A stretch of 57,677 nucleotides of DNA, from the NCBI GenBank assembly GCA_009927485.1, contig RFMW01000160.1, forward strand, positions 1 through 57,677, in the 5' to 3' direction. This stretch comes from Sphingobacteriia bacterium (lineage in GTDB: Bacteria; Bacteroidota; Bacteroidia; UBA7662). Of the stretch, positions 18,429 to 29,462 are shown in pieces; position 1 is the stretch's first letter; each line of letters begins with the position of its first letter. The notes under the pieces are model-generated. The model made no database searches. It was not told where the DNA came from and saw only the letters and a list, made by a program, of their open reading frames with translations. A program made the position numbers and the translations under genes.

Positions 18429-19706
18429 TCAAGAGCTGATCCCCAGCATGCGGGCAACTTTGTGGAGGCTAATCCCCAAATGCTCGATTTCCTGGTGGGT
18501 ATTGTAGATGGATAAGGAGGCCCTCACGGTGCCGGGGATGCCCAATCGTTTCATCAGCGGTTGACCGCAGTGATGACCGGTCCTCACCGCAATGCCCATG
18601 GCGTCCAGAAGCATGCCCACATCGTAGGGGTGGGCATCGCCAAGCAGAAAACTCTGAACGGCAATCCTGTCCTTAGCATATCCAATGCGACGAAGGCCGG
18701 GGACATGATCCAAAACTTCTTGAAGATGGGTGTACAAAGCTTCCTCTTGGGATTGGATGGCTTGCCATGACCAGCGTTCGATGCAATCGATTGCGGCGCC
18801 CAGCCCGATGGCTTGAGCGATGGGGGGTGTACCCGCCTCGAATCGCAAGGGTGGGTCAGCGTAGGTGGCTTCGGTGTATTCGACTTCACGAATCATATCC
18901 CCACCGCCTTGCCATGGGGGCATGAGGTCCAGAAGTTCGCTACGGCCGTAGAGCACCCCGATCCCGGTGGGCCCGAACATTTTGTGCGACGAAAAACACA
19001 AGAAGTCTGCTCCAAGGCTCTGAACGTTAATCGGTCGATGGGCAATCGCTTGAGCGGCATCCACCAGGACTTTGGCGCCTCCGCGATGAGCCTTCGCCAC
19101 AATTTCTTCGACGGGATTGACCGTCCCCAAGATATTGCTGACCCAGACCATGGCCACAAGTTTCGTCCGTGGGCTGAGCATACGGTCCAAGGCCTCCAGG
19201 TCCAATGCTCCTTCATCGTTAAGGGGAACAATTTGAAGCGTTGCGCCGCTGCGTTGGCAGAGCATTTGCCAGGGTACCAGGTTGGCATGATGTTCCATCG
19301 CAGAGACGAGGATTTCGTCTCCGGATCCGATAAATGTCGTTCCCCAGGTGTTGGCCACAAGGTTAATGGCCTCGGTGGTGCCTTTGGTGAAGACGATTTC
19401 ATTTGCGGAACGGGCAACAATGAAATTGGCCACCTTGCGTCGTGCATCTTCGTAGGCTTCCGTGGCCATTTGGCTCAAACGATGTACCCCTCGGTGGACG
19501 TTGGCGTAGGATGTGCTGTAGAAATTGCGCTCTGCATCCAGAACCGCCATGGGTTTCAGGGTGCTGGAGGCATTGTCGAGATAAACTAAATCATGTCCAT
19601 GCACCTTGACCAATAATTCAGGGAACTCATCCCGAAAAGGCGAGCCCTGCGAAGCAGAAGGTTTCAAATCCGTCATGTCGTTGCCAATCCGGTCATTCAT
19701 TGCCAT
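18429..19706 (-). CDS. sufS: Cysteine desulfurase SufS
   Basis: 425 aa. Contains YLDNASS, SSHKMFGPTGIGVLY (PLP lysine) and RTGHHCGQP (active-site Cys). Confidence 0.92.
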   Translation of the reverse strand: MAMNDRIGNDMTDLKPSASQGSPFRDEFPELLVKVHGHDLVYLDNASSTLKPMAVLDAERNFYSTSYANVHRGVHRLSQMATEAYEDARRKVANFIVARSANEIVFTKGTTEAINLVANTWGTTFIGSGDEILVSAMEHHANLVPWQMLCQRSGATLQIVPLNDEGALDLEALDRMLSPRTKLVAMVWVSNILGTVNPVEEIVAKAHRGGAKVLVDAAQAIAHRPINVQSLGADFLCFSSHKMFGPTGIGVLYGRSELLDLMPPWQGGGDMIREVEYTEATYADPPLRFEAGTPPIAQAIGLGAAIDCIERWSWQAIQSQEEALYTHLQEVLDHVPGLRRIGYAKDRIAVQSFLLGDAHPYDVGMLLDAMGIAVRTGHHCGQPLMKRLGIPGTVRASLSIYNTHQEIEHLGISLHKVARMLGISS

Positions 19707-20884
19707 TTCAGCTGATCCAAGTGGGCCATCACCTTGTTCCGTATGACCTCATCTTCCAACTGATCAACAATTTCCATGGCAAAGGCCAAGGTAAGCATCC
19801 TTTGGGCCTCTTCGAAAGAGAGCCCACGGCTTTGCAAATAAAAGATGGATTCGGTGTTAAGTTTTCCCATGGTTGCGCCATGGGAGCATTTGACGTTGTC
19901 GGCAAAGATCTGCAATTCAGGTTTGGCGTTGACTTTGCCGGAGCGTAAAGTCGGCTTCAAAGGGTGACCTTGGGCCAAAGACACCGGATCCAACATCAAA
20001 TTGCTGCTGCGTTGATAGGCATTGGTTTGCTGGGCATGGGGTTCTACCCTCAAAACACCGTTAAAGATGGTGGTGGAATTGGGCGCAGCAATGGCTTTGT
20101 AGTGTTGGTGGCTGTTCCCTTCCAGGGCATGATGCTGAATTCGGCTGTACTGGTCGAGATGTCCTCCACCGAATGCCACACTTAATCCCAACAATGTGCT
20201 GGAACAACGATCCCCTTTTTGCTGAATGTGAATGTTGTTGCGAATCATTCCGGAGCCCAAGGAGATGGTTTGAACCTCAAGCTTGCTTCCTTCTTCTTGC
20301 AAAGCATCGATTTGGTGCACCAGGGCTTTGGCTGCAGGGCCATGGAAGAGGCGAATCAATTTCAGCTTCGCACCTCGGCCCAGGTGAACCTGCAGGTTGT
20401 GCAAATTCATCTTCTCAACAGGGGTGGTGTCGCTTTCTTGCAGGGCGCTTTTTTCGGTGTTATTCCCTTCAGGCCTCCCTTCATCGAATTCTTCGATAAG
20501 GGTGAGCTTTGCCCCTTCATCCACTTGAATTTGATGGGTAAAGCCCGACCAACCTTCGGTCACCGAAGGGGCGTACAACAATCGAAGCGGAGTATCGCAG
20601 GTGGTCCCGGCAGGGATATGGGCATGCCACCCACCATGCCTTGCGGCATGAATCAAAGCGCTGAGCTCATCCAATGCAGGGAAGAGCGGCTCGGCGTTGT
20701 GCAATTCCGTGAAAAGGTCCAGCAAATCATGGGGTTGGCCTTGCCAGCCCGAAGGCGTCAGGGGGCCATCGTTCCTCGAAATCTTGGAGGCCCATTGATC
20801 AAGGTCGGTATACTTCCAAGCCTCCAAGCGGCTGCTTGGCCAAGCGATCTTGGTGGTCGATGGAGCGGTATGGCTTGAACTCAT
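19697..20884 (-). CDS. sufD: Fe-S cluster assembly protein SufD
   Basis: The C-terminus has [22 protein letters not shown]...FYLQSRGL. The ATG at 20884 forms an ATGA overlap with the sufC stop codon. Confidence 0.88.
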   Translation of the reverse strand: MSSSHTAPSTTKIAWPSSRLEAWKYTDLDQWASKISRNDGPLTPSGWQGQPHDLLDLFTELHNAEPLFPALDELSALIHAARHGGWHAHIPAGTTCDTPLRLLYAPSVTEGWSGFTHQIQVDEGAKLTLIEEFDEGRPEGNNTEKSALQESDTTPVEKMNLHNLQVHLGRGAKLKLIRLFHGPAAKALVHQIDALQEEGSKLEVQTISLGSGMIRNNIHIQQKGDRCSSTLLGLSVAFGGGHLDQYSRIQHHALEGNSHQHYKAIAAPNSTTIFNGVLRVEPHAQQTNAYQRSSNLMLDPVSLAQGHPLKPTLRSGKVNAKPELQIFADNVKCSHGATMGKLNTESIFYLQSRGLSFEEAQRMLTLAFAMEIVDQLEDEVIRNKVMAHLDQLKWQ

Positions 20885-21627
20885 GCCAATTCTGCTTTGA
20901 GCCAATCGTAGCCTTTTTCCTCCAACTCGAGAGCGAGGGTATCGTTCCCGGTGCGTACAATCTTGCCATCCATCAGAACATGGACGATGTCGGGTCGAAG
21001 GTGATCCAACAAACGTTGGTAATGCGTGATCACCAAAAAGCTGTTGTCCTCCCTGCGCAGCTTGCGCACGCCTTCGGCCACAATGCGCAAGGCATCGATG
21101 TCAAGGCCCGAATCGGTTTCGTCCAAAATGGCTAGTTGGGGATCCAGCATGGCCATTTGGAAAATTTCGTTTCGTTTCTTTTCGCCCCCCGAGAAGCCCA
21201 GGTTAACTGGCCTGGACAAGAAGGATGGATCCAATTGAACCAAACCGGCCTTTTCGCGCATGATTTTCAGAAAATCTCCAGCTTCAAGAGCCGGTAAACC
21301 CCGATGGCTCCGCACCTGGTTCAAGGCGGAACGCATAAAATTGGTGTTGCTTACCCCGGGGATTTCCACGGGATATTGAAAAGCCAAAAAGAGTCCGGCC
21401 CAAGCCCGTTCTTCGGGCGCCAAATCCAATAGGTCTTGCCCGTTGAATCGAACGGATCCACGGACATCGTAACCGGGCCTACCCGCCAAGACATGTGATA
21501 GGGTTGATTTGCCCGAGCCGTTGGGCCCCATGATTGCATGCACCTCCCCCGGACGAATTTGGAGGTTCAAACCTTTGAGGATGGGTTTATCATCCACGGA
21601 TGCATGCAAATCGATGATTTCTAACAT
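20881..21627 (-). CDS. sufC: Fe-S cluster assembly ATPase SufC
   Basis: [11 protein letters not shown]...[10 protein letters not shown]...[11 protein letters not shown]...[14 protein letters not shown]. Confidence 0.93.
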   Translation of the reverse strand: MLEIIDLHASVDDKPILKGLNLQIRPGEVHAIMGPNGSGKSTLSHVLAGRPGYDVRGSVRFNGQDLLDLAPEERAWAGLFLAFQYPVEIPGVSNTNFMRSALNQVRSHRGLPALEAGDFLKIMREKAGLVQLDPSFLSRPVNLGFSGGEKKRNEIFQMAMLDPQLAILDETDSGLDIDALRIVAEGVRKLRREDNSFLVITHYQRLLDHLRPDIVHVLMDGKIVRTGNDTLALELEEKGYDWLKAELA

Positions 21628-21673
21628 ATGATTTTCAATAGAATGGATTAAGATTGGCCGTCGCTCAGAAAGT

Positions 21674-23161
21674 TTATCCCACACTGCCTTCCAAAGAAAT
21701 GGCAAGGAGCTTCCTTGCTTCAACGGCAAATTCCATGGGCAATTTGTCCAAAACTTCTTTGGCGTAGCCGTTTACAATCAATGCAATAGCTTCCTCTGTG
21801 GGCAGTCCCCGTTGTTGGCAATAATAAAGCAGATCCTCTTCAATTTTGGAAGTCGTCGCTTCATGCTCCACTTGGGCATCCGGACAGTTGATTTCAAAAT
21901 AGGGGTAGGTATGGGCGCCACAGCGATCCCCCATCAGGAGGGAATCGCACTGGGAGTAATTGCGGGCATTGGTAGCCGTTTCCCGGACCTTAACCAAACC
22001 CCGGTAGGCGTTTTGGCCCCTGCCTGCGCTGATGCCTTTGCTTACGATACGGCTTGTGGTGTTCTTGCCGATGTGAATCATTTTGGTGCCGGTATCGGCT
22101 TGTTGTGCCCGGGCGGCGAGGGCTACCGAATAAAACTCGCCCGTGCTGCGATCACCCATTAGGACCACCGACGGGTATTTCCACGTGATGGCGGAACCTG
22201 TTTCGACTTGAGTCCATGAAATTTTGGAGGCAAGGCCTTGGCAAAGACCCCGTTTGGTCACAAAATTGTAAATACCTCCAATCCCTTGAGCGTCACCAGG
22301 ATACCAATTCTGGACGGTAGCGTACCGTATTTCCGAACGGTTCATGGCGACCAATTCGACCACGGCGGCATGCAATTGATTTTCATCACGCTTGGGTGCA
22401 GTGCAACCCTCCAAATACGAAACATAGGCATCATCATCGGCCACGATCAGGGTCCGTTCGAATTGACCCGTTCCAGCTGCATTGATTCTGAAGTAGGTAC
22501 TGAGTTCCATAGGACAACGAACCCCTTGGGGGATGTACACAAAAGATCCGTCCGAGAAGACCGCTGAATTTAGGGCGGCATAATAGTTGTCGGTGTAGGG
22601 CACCACTTTGCCCAGGTGTTTACGAACCAAATCAGGGTGCTCGCGTACAGCTTCGGAGAAGGAACAGAAGATGATGCCCTTCTCGGCAAGTTTTTCTTTG
22701 TACGTTGTTACAACAGATACTGAATCCAAAACCGCATCCACGGCTACCCCTGCCAGAATCAGTTGCTCCTCCAAGGGGATCCCAAGCTTGTCGTAGGTGG
22801 ATTTAATTTCAGGGTCCAGTTCGTCCAGCGAATTGAGCTTGGCAGCGGCTTTAGGAGCTGCATAATAGGAGATGTCTTGAAAATCAATGGCGGGAATCTC
22901 CAAATGGGCCCATTCCGGGGTTGGCATGCTCAACCAGTGACGGTAAGCCTTGAGGCGCCAGTCCAAGAGCCAAGACGGCTCCTCTTTGCGGGCACTAATC
23001 CAACGGATGACCTCTTCATTCAGGCCTTTGGGAACGATGTCTTGTTCGATATCACTGACAAATCCAAACGCATAATCTTGCTCAGCCCACTGGTTTAGAA
23101 GGACCTCTTCTTGGGAATGTTCATTCACCTCGGGAACAGGATTCGTCAAATCACCACGCAT
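21674..23161 (-). CDS. sufB: Fe-S cluster assembly protein SufB
   Basis: Contains [19 protein letters not shown] and CDSLLMGD...TYPY. The ATG at 23161 is downstream of the candidate -7 box. The ORF-track start at 23251 is a TTG lying upstream of that box. Confidence 0.92.
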   Translation of the reverse strand: MRGDLTNPVPEVNEHSQEEVLLNQWAEQDYAFGFVSDIEQDIVPKGLNEEVIRWISARKEEPSWLLDWRLKAYRHWLSMPTPEWAHLEIPAIDFQDISYYAAPKAAAKLNSLDELDPEIKSTYDKLGIPLEEQLILAGVAVDAVLDSVSVVTTYKEKLAEKGIIFCSFSEAVREHPDLVRKHLGKVVPYTDNYYAALNSAVFSDGSFVYIPQGVRCPMELSTYFRINAAGTGQFERTLIVADDDAYVSYLEGCTAPKRDENQLHAAVVELVAMNRSEIRYATVQNWYPGDAQGIGGIYNFVTKRGLCQGLASKISWTQVETGSAITWKYPSVVLMGDRSTGEFYSVALAARAQQADTGTKMIHIGKNTTSRIVSKGISAGRGQNAYRGLVKVRETATNARNYSQCDSLLMGDRCGAHTYPYFEINCPDAQVEHEATTSKIEEDLLYYCQQRGLPTEEAIALIVNGYAKEVLDKLPMEFAVEARKLLAISLEGSVG

Positions 23162-23236
23162 GTTGGAGGAACAAAGTTGGGGGCATTTCGTTTGGTTATT
23201 TGCATAGGGTCCGTTTAGGTGCGGACTTAGCGAGCG

Positions 23237-23244
23237 CAAAGATA
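23237..23244 (-). promoter_or_regulatory. Candidate sigma-A -7 box (TATCTTTG, followed by CG) for the suf operon
   Basis: The plus strand reads gcgcaaagata, so the minus strand reads TATCTTTGCGC. The box lies about 75 nt upstream of the sufB ATG. Confidence 0.45.
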
Positions 23245-23353
23245 GCCTCAAAGGCGGTCCTTAAGCGATTTTAGAGCGGTTTCGGCCCTCTTTTTAAGCC
23301 ATTTTGGCGCCCTAATTCCAGGCGTTGCCCCGTTGAAGGTTACTGTTCTGGCC

Positions 23354-24115
23354 CTACCAAAGGAGCTTTTCTTTGTTCAAAAAGGAGCTGACCCCGCTTT
23401 TGCAGGCCTCGCTTTGCCGGGCCTCTACGTTGGTTTCTATCGCATGCGCCATGGCCTGATCCAAACCTGCATTTTTGGCCAACAGGGCTTTGGTCAAAGC
23501 TATAGAGTTGCCGCTGTTCCGTGCGATTAGATTCCGGACAAATTCAAGGGCGCTACGCTCCAGGTGTTCTGGCTCGACAACCTTATAAACGAGGCCACAA
23601 CCCAGGGCTTCCTCAGCGCTGATGCGGGCTGCATTCAACAAAAGTGGCCTGGCAAAGCCTTCCCCCATTTTACGGCACAAGAACACCGAGACCATGGCCG
23701 GAACAAAGCCGATGGCAACTTCGGTGTAGGCAAATTGTGCTGAAGGAACCGCAAAGACCCAATCGCATACCGAAACCAATCCGCAACCGCCGGCCAGGGC
23801 ATGCCCTTGAACCAAACCGATGACGGGCTTGGGGCCGCTGTACAGAAGGCGGTAAAGCCCAGCCAGTTTGAGGGAATCTTGTCTTTGTTCCTCCTCGCTC
23901 CATCCCTGCATGGTTTGCAGGGCATCCAGGTCTGCACCCGCAGAGAATACATCCCCTTCCGCATCCAACACCAAGGCCCTTACCTGATCATTGTCCATGG
24001 CCTGGGTTGCGGCAGATAACAACGCCTCGACCATTGCCGGACTCAAGGCGTTCTTTTTGTCTGGCCGGTTTAGGGTAATCCTGGCAACACGATCTTCCAA
24101 GCGGTAGCGGATCAT
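23354..24115 (-). CDS. Enoyl-CoA hydratase/isomerase family protein
   Basis: 253 aa. Contains ITLNRPDKKNAL, FSAGADL and GHALAGGCGL. It shares an ATGA overlap with the comEC stop codon. Confidence 0.85.
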   Translation of the reverse strand: MIRYRLEDRVARITLNRPDKKNALSPAMVEALLSAATQAMDNDQVRALVLDAEGDVFSAGADLDALQTMQGWSEEEQRQDSLKLAGLYRLLYSGPKPVIGLVQGHALAGGCGLVSVCDWVFAVPSAQFAYTEVAIGFVPAMVSVFLCRKMGEGFARPLLLNAARISAEEALGCGLVYKVVEPEHLERSALEFVRNLIARNSGNSIALTKALLAKNAGLDQAMAHAIETNVEARQSEACKSGVSSFLNKEKLLW

Positions 24116-26409
24116 AAAATACGATTAGGGGTAGGATAGGGCGAATTTACCTTCGAATCAGGCAGGTTGGATTGGCTAAGATCACAGAAAACGATTCCTT
24201 GCTGCAGGCATAGGGATGCGATCAGCCTTCGGTATAGGTGGCTATGGCTCCCGACCATGATCAAACAGGTGGGTGGTTGACTCAGAGGCCAATCAACGCG
24301 GCTACGGTTACCCAAGACCACGGCATCCACTTTGCGGGTAAGTTGAACCGCTTTAGGACCGAAGAGGTGCACCAATTGCAGGGTCCCGCCATGGCATGCT
24401 GCGAGGTTGAAGGTGTCCTTCATTCCCGCAATTAATGTTACAGGCTCATTCCACTGCAGGAGTCTGCATCGAAGGGTCGTATCCAAGGTAGCCCACGGAT
24501 GATCCGGCCGTTTGTGTTGCTTGCGTATCCATTCCACGATTCTACGATCGCTCAATCCTTCTCGGTCTCCCGACCACAACCATCCCAACCTATCCCGAAC
24601 CAACAGGCAATTTCCTGACCTTAGCCCAAACACAAGGCATTGCGATGCTTGGTCTTCTTGCAACCACCTTGCATTTCGGTTCACCAGGAGGAGTAGCCAA
24701 AACAACATAAGGGATAGCGCCACATAGCGGAATACCCTTCGCCGCTCTTGAGATTTGCTAAGGCGGATTATCTTGAACAACCCAAGGGTTAGGAGACCTA
24801 ACATACTGAACATTAGCATTAAATCACTTCCCCTAAAATCCCAGTGGTAGGTCACCGCCCCGGGCCAGCTCCCAATGGACGTGGTTATCAAAGCGGTTAT
24901 GCCAAACAGCAATTGACCAACCCATGCCATGGCAATGCCAAGAATTGAAGTGCTTCCGGTCAGAGTCCAAACGATCGCCACAACCAACAAAGGCGAAGAC
25001 AAAGGGACCAAGAACAGGTTAGCCAGCAGAAAATAGTTGGGGAATTGCCCAAAATGAAACCAACAAAGCGGCGCGGTCACGGCCTGGGCGATCAGGCTCA
25101 TCCCCAGCAGGGAAGCAGGGTATCGAATCGCTATTCCCCGCTGATCCATCCGCATTAATTTCCACAAGGGGGTATAAATCCATAACAAACCTCCAACGGC
25201 CCCAAAACTCAATTGAAAACCCGGGTCTTTCCACGAGCAAGGCTCCAGGATAATCAGCAGAACCGCGATCAGCACCAGCGCGCTGGAGGCATGCCTGTTA
25301 CCGGAAAGTGCGGTGGTTAAATTCATCCATATCACCACCATGGCGGCTCTCATGGCAGAAGGCGCTCCCCCTGTAAGGAGGGCATAAGCCAAGATGAGGG
25401 TTGATAACACCATGAATATCAGCCATTTTGGCGGATCTTGCCTCTTGACGGATTGCGGTAGAATCGCCGTTAACAGGAGGTAAAGACCTCGCATCAACGC
25501 TTGAAGGATTTGGTAGACAAACAAGACATGCATCCCCGAAACGGCCAACAAGTGTACGGTGCCTGAATTTCGGAAGCCTTCTTGAAGTTCTTGGCTCAGG
25601 TCCACTCTCCAGCCCAACAAAAGCGCTTTGGACAAGGCTCGTCCCACGGAATCCGAAATGGTAAGGTCCATGCGCTGGGACCAATAGCTTTGCCATCTTC
25701 CAAAAATGACTTTGAAAGATTGGTCTGTACGATATTCTCCTTGGCCATGGCATAGCTCTTGATGGATGACTCGGTATGAACCCCCATGGCTCAAATTGAT
25801 TTCCATTTGCAGACCTTGACTTCGATAATAATCCCTTAAATCGGCCTGACCGGGATGTACAGGGCCTCGTATGACCTGTAAATGAGTGGCTTCGATAAGG
25901 AGATGATGGCCGGCCTCTATGGAAATTTTTCCCGATTTTTCGCTGGGTTGATGGGAATAAGGAAGGCTAAGAAGGATAGGGTGGCGGAAGGGGTAACAAC
26001 GCCATTTCTGATCAGCCTTCCAATATTTCAATCGCTGATAAACGATGGCTCTATATTTTCTTGCACCGTCCTGACGATGGATCTGAATGAGCAATAAATC
26101 GGAGCCCAAATAATCGGTAGGGGAATCCCTTGAAAGAACCGATGTTAGGCCGGGCCCTTGGAGGGAGGCCAGTCCGGTGCATAGGCTAATCCAACAGAGA
26201 AGACCAGGCAACAACCTCCATTGATAAGCGAGCCTGTGGTTACAACCTCGCCAAATTATGCCCAGAACCACAGCGCCCAAGAAACTTAAGCCCTGTATGA
26301 CTCCCAAACCTGCCGAAATCCATGGCCACCAAGCAGGGAGACTTATGCCCAAGCCAGCCGAAGCCCCCAGCCGCAAGCCTCTCCATGCGGACTCCCCAAC
26401 CGGTTCCAT
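24112..26409 (-). CDS. comEC: ComEC/Rec2 family DNA internalisation protein
   Basis: 765 aa. Polytopic membrane core with GTVHLLAVSGMHV, and an N-terminal OB/DUF4131-like region. The C-terminal roughly 200 aa look like an MBL domain without its metal ligands. Confidence 0.8.
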   Translation of the reverse strand: MEPVGESAWRGLRLGASAGLGISLPAWWPWISAGLGVIQGLSFLGAVVLGIIWRGCNHRLAYQWRLLPGLLCWISLCTGLASLQGPGLTSVLSRDSPTDYLGSDLLLIQIHRQDGARKYRAIVYQRLKYWKADQKWRCYPFRHPILLSLPYSHQPSEKSGKISIEAGHHLLIEATHLQVIRGPVHPGQADLRDYYRSQGLQMEINLSHGGSYRVIHQELCHGQGEYRTDQSFKVIFGRWQSYWSQRMDLTISDSVGRALSKALLLGWRVDLSQELQEGFRNSGTVHLLAVSGMHVLFVYQILQALMRGLYLLLTAILPQSVKRQDPPKWLIFMVLSTLILAYALLTGGAPSAMRAAMVVIWMNLTTALSGNRHASSALVLIAVLLIILEPCSWKDPGFQLSFGAVGGLLWIYTPLWKLMRMDQRGIAIRYPASLLGMSLIAQAVTAPLCWFHFGQFPNYFLLANLFLVPLSSPLLVVAIVWTLTGSTSILGIAMAWVGQLLFGITALITTSIGSWPGAVTYHWDFRGSDLMLMFSMLGLLTLGLFKIIRLSKSQERRRVFRYVALSLMLFWLLLLVNRNARWLQEDQASQCLVFGLRSGNCLLVRDRLGWLWSGDREGLSDRRIVEWIRKQHKRPDHPWATLDTTLRCRLLQWNEPVTLIAGMKDTFNLAACHGGTLQLVHLFGPKAVQLTRKVDAVVLGNRSRVDWPLSQPPTCLIMVGSHSHLYRRLIASLCLQQGIVFCDLSQSNLPDSKVNSPYPTPNRIL

Positions 26410-26446
26410 ACCGCAAACAAGGCTGTTGCCCTCTTCATAATCGTAG

Positions 26447-26926
26447 CTAAACGTTTAAAGCGTCTGGATAAACGCAACGGTAATGCGGTATATCGGCTTC
26501 ATAAAAAAGTTCACCCACTTGGGCAAAGCCCAGCCTTCGGTAAAAGGGGAGGGCCTGAACCTGGGCATGCAAGTAGATTTCAGGGGCTTTAACGCCCGCT
26601 GCCCCGTCCTTTAGGGCAGAAATTCCGGGCAACAGCTCCTCCATAATTTGCAGCAAGAGCTCCCTGCCCACTCCTTGCCTTCGGAAATCTGCACGAACGG
26701 CCATCCGTTCGATCTTGTATCCAAGTTCGGTTTGCCGGTGGCGAGCGCAGGCGATGACCTCATCGCCATGGGTGGCCGCCCAATGGATGCTTGATTCTTC
26801 ATAGATGTCAAATTCTTCCTCCGGGCTTACTCCTTGCTCTTCCACAAAAACTTGGGATCTGAGGGTATAGATTTTTTGGAGGGTATCCGGTGCGGTTACC
26901 CGATGGCAATGGATCATGGCAGGCAT
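26447..26926 (-). CDS. GNAT family N-acetyltransferase
   Basis: 159 aa. Acetyl-CoA-binding region RMAVRADFRRQGVGRELL. Confidence 0.8.
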   Translation of the reverse strand: MPAMIHCHRVTAPDTLQKIYTLRSQVFVEEQGVSPEEEFDIYEESSIHWAATHGDEVIACARHRQTELGYKIERMAVRADFRRQGVGRELLLQIMEELLPGISALKDGAAGVKAPEIYLHAQVQALPFYRRLGFAQVGELFYEADIPHYRCVYPDALNV

Positions 26927-27006
26927 TTCTCCAAAATTAGTATCAGGTGCCCAAGACTCAGGGCTTATCTTCGTGCTTTAGAATAAGCTTAATCCTTACC
27001 CTTCCT

Positions 27007-28059
27007 ATGTCACAAACCTCACAAATTCTTGGATCTCAAGCGGACTTTCTCCTTGGACATCGCTGCAAGACCATCGCTGCAACCGATTTGCACTTGCCGG
27101 GACCTGATTTTGTCGATCGAATTTGGTCGGCATCCAATCGCTCCATCCCCGTTTTGAGGAGTATGCAAACCCTCTACGGCACCGGTCGATTGGCGGGCAG
27201 CGGATATCTTTCGATTCTCCCTGTGGACCAGGGAATTGAGCATTCTGCAGGAGCCTCCTTTGCTCCCAACCCGATCTACTTTGATTCCGAGAATATTGTT
27301 CGATTAGCCATTGAAGCCGGTTGCAATGCCGTTGCTTCCACTTTTGGGGTATTGGGCTCTGTTGCAAGACGTTATGCCCACAAGATTCCCTTCATTGTCA
27401 AAATCAACCACAACGAATTTCTCTCGTATCCGAACGAGTATGACCAAATTATGTTTGGTTCGGTGCGCGATGCCTGGGATATGGGAGCCGTAGCCGTGGG
27501 TGCAACCATTTATTTTGGCTCAGAAGGATCACGCAGGCAATTGGTTGAGATCGCAGAGGCCTTTGAAGAGGCCCATTCCCTCGGAATGGCCACCATCCTC
27601 TGGTGTTACCTGAGGAATCCCGGTTTCAAGGTGGATGGCGTTGATTATCATACCTCCACCGATTTGAGCTCCCAAGGCAACCATTTGGGCGTTACAATCC
27701 AAGCGGATATCATCAAACAGAAATTACCCACCAACAACGGCGGATATTTGGCCACCAAACATGGCAAAACCCACAAACTGGTCTACGATCAATTGACCAC
27801 CGATCACCCCATTGATTTATGCCGCTACCAAGTGGCCAACGGGTACATGGGGCGCGCGGGTTTGATTAATTCAGGCGGTGAGTCCAAAGGTGCCGACGAC
27901 CTAAGCGAAGCGGTTGCCACGGCGGTAATCAACAAGCGAGCCGGGGGATCAGGACTCATCTTGGGCCGCAAAGCCTTCCAACGCCCCATGAACGAAGGTA
28001 TTGACTTGCTCCACAAAGTCCAGGATGTGTATTTGGACCTATCCGTGGATATCGCTTAG
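27007..28059 (+). CDS. fbaB: Class I fructose-bisphosphate aldolase (FbaB/DhnA type)
   Basis: 350 aa from the ATG at 27007. Contains [19 protein letters not shown] and IIKQKLP. Confidence 0.85.
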   Translation: MSQTSQILGSQADFLLGHRCKTIAATDLHLPGPDFVDRIWSASNRSIPVLRSMQTLYGTGRLAGSGYLSILPVDQGIEHSAGASFAPNPIYFDSENIVRLAIEAGCNAVASTFGVLGSVARRYAHKIPFIVKINHNEFLSYPNEYDQIMFGSVRDAWDMGAVAVGATIYFGSEGSRRQLVEIAEAFEEAHSLGMATILWCYLRNPGFKVDGVDYHTSTDLSSQGNHLGVTIQADIIKQKLPTNNGGYLATKHGKTHKLVYDQLTTDHPIDLCRYQVANGYMGRAGLINSGGESKGADDLSEAVATAVINKRAGGSGLILGRKAFQRPMNEGIDLLHKVQDVYLDLSVDIA

Positions 28060-28080
28060 CCTTATATTGAGCAAATCAAA

Positions 28081-28926
28081 ATGGCCTGGTTTAAACGTTC
28101 AACCGCAGGGGTAACCACCTCCACCGAGGAGAAACTTGAGGTGCCCGATGGGATATGGTTCAAATGTCCATCCTGCAAAGCATCGGTTTTGACCAAAGAC
28201 CTTCATGAGAATCTTTCGGTATGTCCCAAATGCGATTACCATCATCGCTTGGGGTCGGAGGGCTATTTTGGGATCTTGTTCGATGAAGGTACTTACCAAG
28301 AGTTGGACGCAAATCTGATTTCATTGAATCCACTCAACTTTGTGGATACCAAAGACTACGCTGCTCGCCTGGAAGATGCCAAGGCCAAGACGGGGCTCAA
28401 GGATGCCCTTCGCGCCGCTCATGGGAAATTGGAGGGACACGACTTGGTGGTCGCCTGCATGGACTTTGATTTTATTGGGGGTTCCATGGGCACGGTGATG
28501 GGGGAGAAGATCGCCAGAGCCATAGACCATGCCAGGGCCTTGAAGTGCCCTGTCCTGGTGATTTCACGTTCAGGGGGGGCCAGAATGATGGAGGCCGCCT
28601 ACTCCCTGATGCAAATGGCCAAAACCTCGGCCAAATTGGCGCTTGCGGACCAAGAAGGGATTCCGTATTTCTCCTTAATGACCGACCCAACAACGGGCGG
28701 GGTCACGGCATCCTTCGCGATGCTAGGGGATTTCAATCTGGCAGAACCCGGGGCTTTGATTGGCTTCGCAGGACCAAGGGTTATCAAAGAAACCATCAAA
28801 AAAGATTTGCCCCAGGGGTTTCAGTCGGCCGAGTCGGTGTTGGAGAGCGGTTTCTTGGACTTGATTGTTCCACGGCATAAGCTCAAAGAGACCCTGGCCA
28901 GGCTCATGGATCTTTTGAGGCATTGA
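28081..28926 (+). CDS. accD: Acetyl-CoA carboxylase carboxyltransferase beta subunit
   Basis: 281 aa. Zinc ribbon CPSC...CPKC, followed by GGSMG and GGARMMEA. Confidence 0.93.
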   Translation: MAWFKRSTAGVTTSTEEKLEVPDGIWFKCPSCKASVLTKDLHENLSVCPKCDYHHRLGSEGYFGILFDEGTYQELDANLISLNPLNFVDTKDYAARLEDAKAKTGLKDALRAAHGKLEGHDLVVACMDFDFIGGSMGTVMGEKIARAIDHARALKCPVLVISRSGGARMMEAAYSLMQMAKTSAKLALADQEGIPYFSLMTDPTTGGVTASFAMLGDFNLAEPGALIGFAGPRVIKETIKKDLPQGFQSAESVLESGFLDLIVPRHKLKETLARLMDLLRH

Positions 28927-28958
28927 TTTGGAAAAACGGGCTCTAGAGACTATCTTTG
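28927..28958 (+). promoter_or_regulatory. Candidate sigma-A promoter for rpsO (TTTG-N20-TATCTTTG, followed by CG)
   Basis: TTTG at 28927-28930 and TATCTTTG at 28951-28958. This leaves a leader of about 95 nt before the ATG at 29059. Confidence 0.55.
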
Positions 28959-29058
28959 CGTTCCTAATTTTAAAATTCACCAGCGGCTATACCCCAAATC
29001 GGTTCATCTAACCTAGAAAATCTACAAAACCGAACCAGCGGCCCCAAACAAGCGGAAA

Positions 29059-29328
29059 ATGTACCTAGACAAAACCCAAAGAGCAGAGATTTACAGCCGT
29101 TACGGCCAAAATGCTCAGGACTCCGGCACGGCAGAAAGCCAAATTGCCCAGTTCTCCTTCAGGATTTCTCACCTGACCGAGCACCTCAAGAAAAACAAGA
29201 AAGACTATTCCACCCAGCTTTCCCTCGTCAAAATGGTCGGAAAGCGCAGGGATTTACTGAATTACCTCAAACAGATTGACATCGCTCGTTACAGGGCCAT
29301 TGTCGAGAAGTTGAATCTTCGTAGGTAA
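29059..29328 (+). CDS. rpsO: 30S ribosomal protein S15
   Basis: 89 aa. Contains GTAESQIAQFSFRISHLTEHLKKNKKDYSTQLSLVKMVGKRRDLLNYL. Confidence 0.97.
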   Translation: MYLDKTQRAEIYSRYGQNAQDSGTAESQIAQFSFRISHLTEHLKKNKKDYSTQLSLVKMVGKRRDLLNYLKQIDIARYRAIVEKLNLRR

Positions 29329-29338
29329 TCTAAAAATT

Positions 29339-29363
29339 AGCGGCCTTGTTGCCGCTTTTTTTT
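29339..29363 (+). terminator. Rho-independent terminator/attenuator after rpsO
   Basis: gcggc (29340-29344) pairs with gccgc (29351-29355), followed by a run of 8 T. Confidence 0.7.
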
Positions 29364-29462
29364 CGCTCCTTTTCGGTTCGAATTTCAAACCCAAAATTGG
29401 GCTCTTTGGAGCATTGGAGTGGCTTTTTCAAATAATTTAACATTTTATAAACAACAGTATTC

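Noticed and set aside
18813-19589. A 258 aa plus-strand ORF opposite sufS. Similar antisense ORFs lie at 20219-20878, 7646-8299, 48474-49163, 41939-42643, 14699-15316 and 40181-40789.
   Set aside because: Each is embedded antisense in a confidently identified gene, and none shows a recognisable domain.
26932-26939. TAATTTTG-like -7 boxes only 4-6 nt upstream of the annotated ATGs of the GNAT gene (26932-26939) and of dnaB (54262-54269).
   Set aside because: They are too close to the start codons to serve those starts, unless the mRNAs are leaderless or a downstream ATG is used. I could not decide from sequence alone, so they are not listed as features.
29364-29462. I looked for a separate pnp promoter or an RNase III-type regulatory hairpin between the rpsO terminator and pnp.
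   Set aside because: There is no TAnnTTTG box and no convincing long stem. pnp may be expressed by read-through of the rpsO terminator, but I cannot show that from the sequence.
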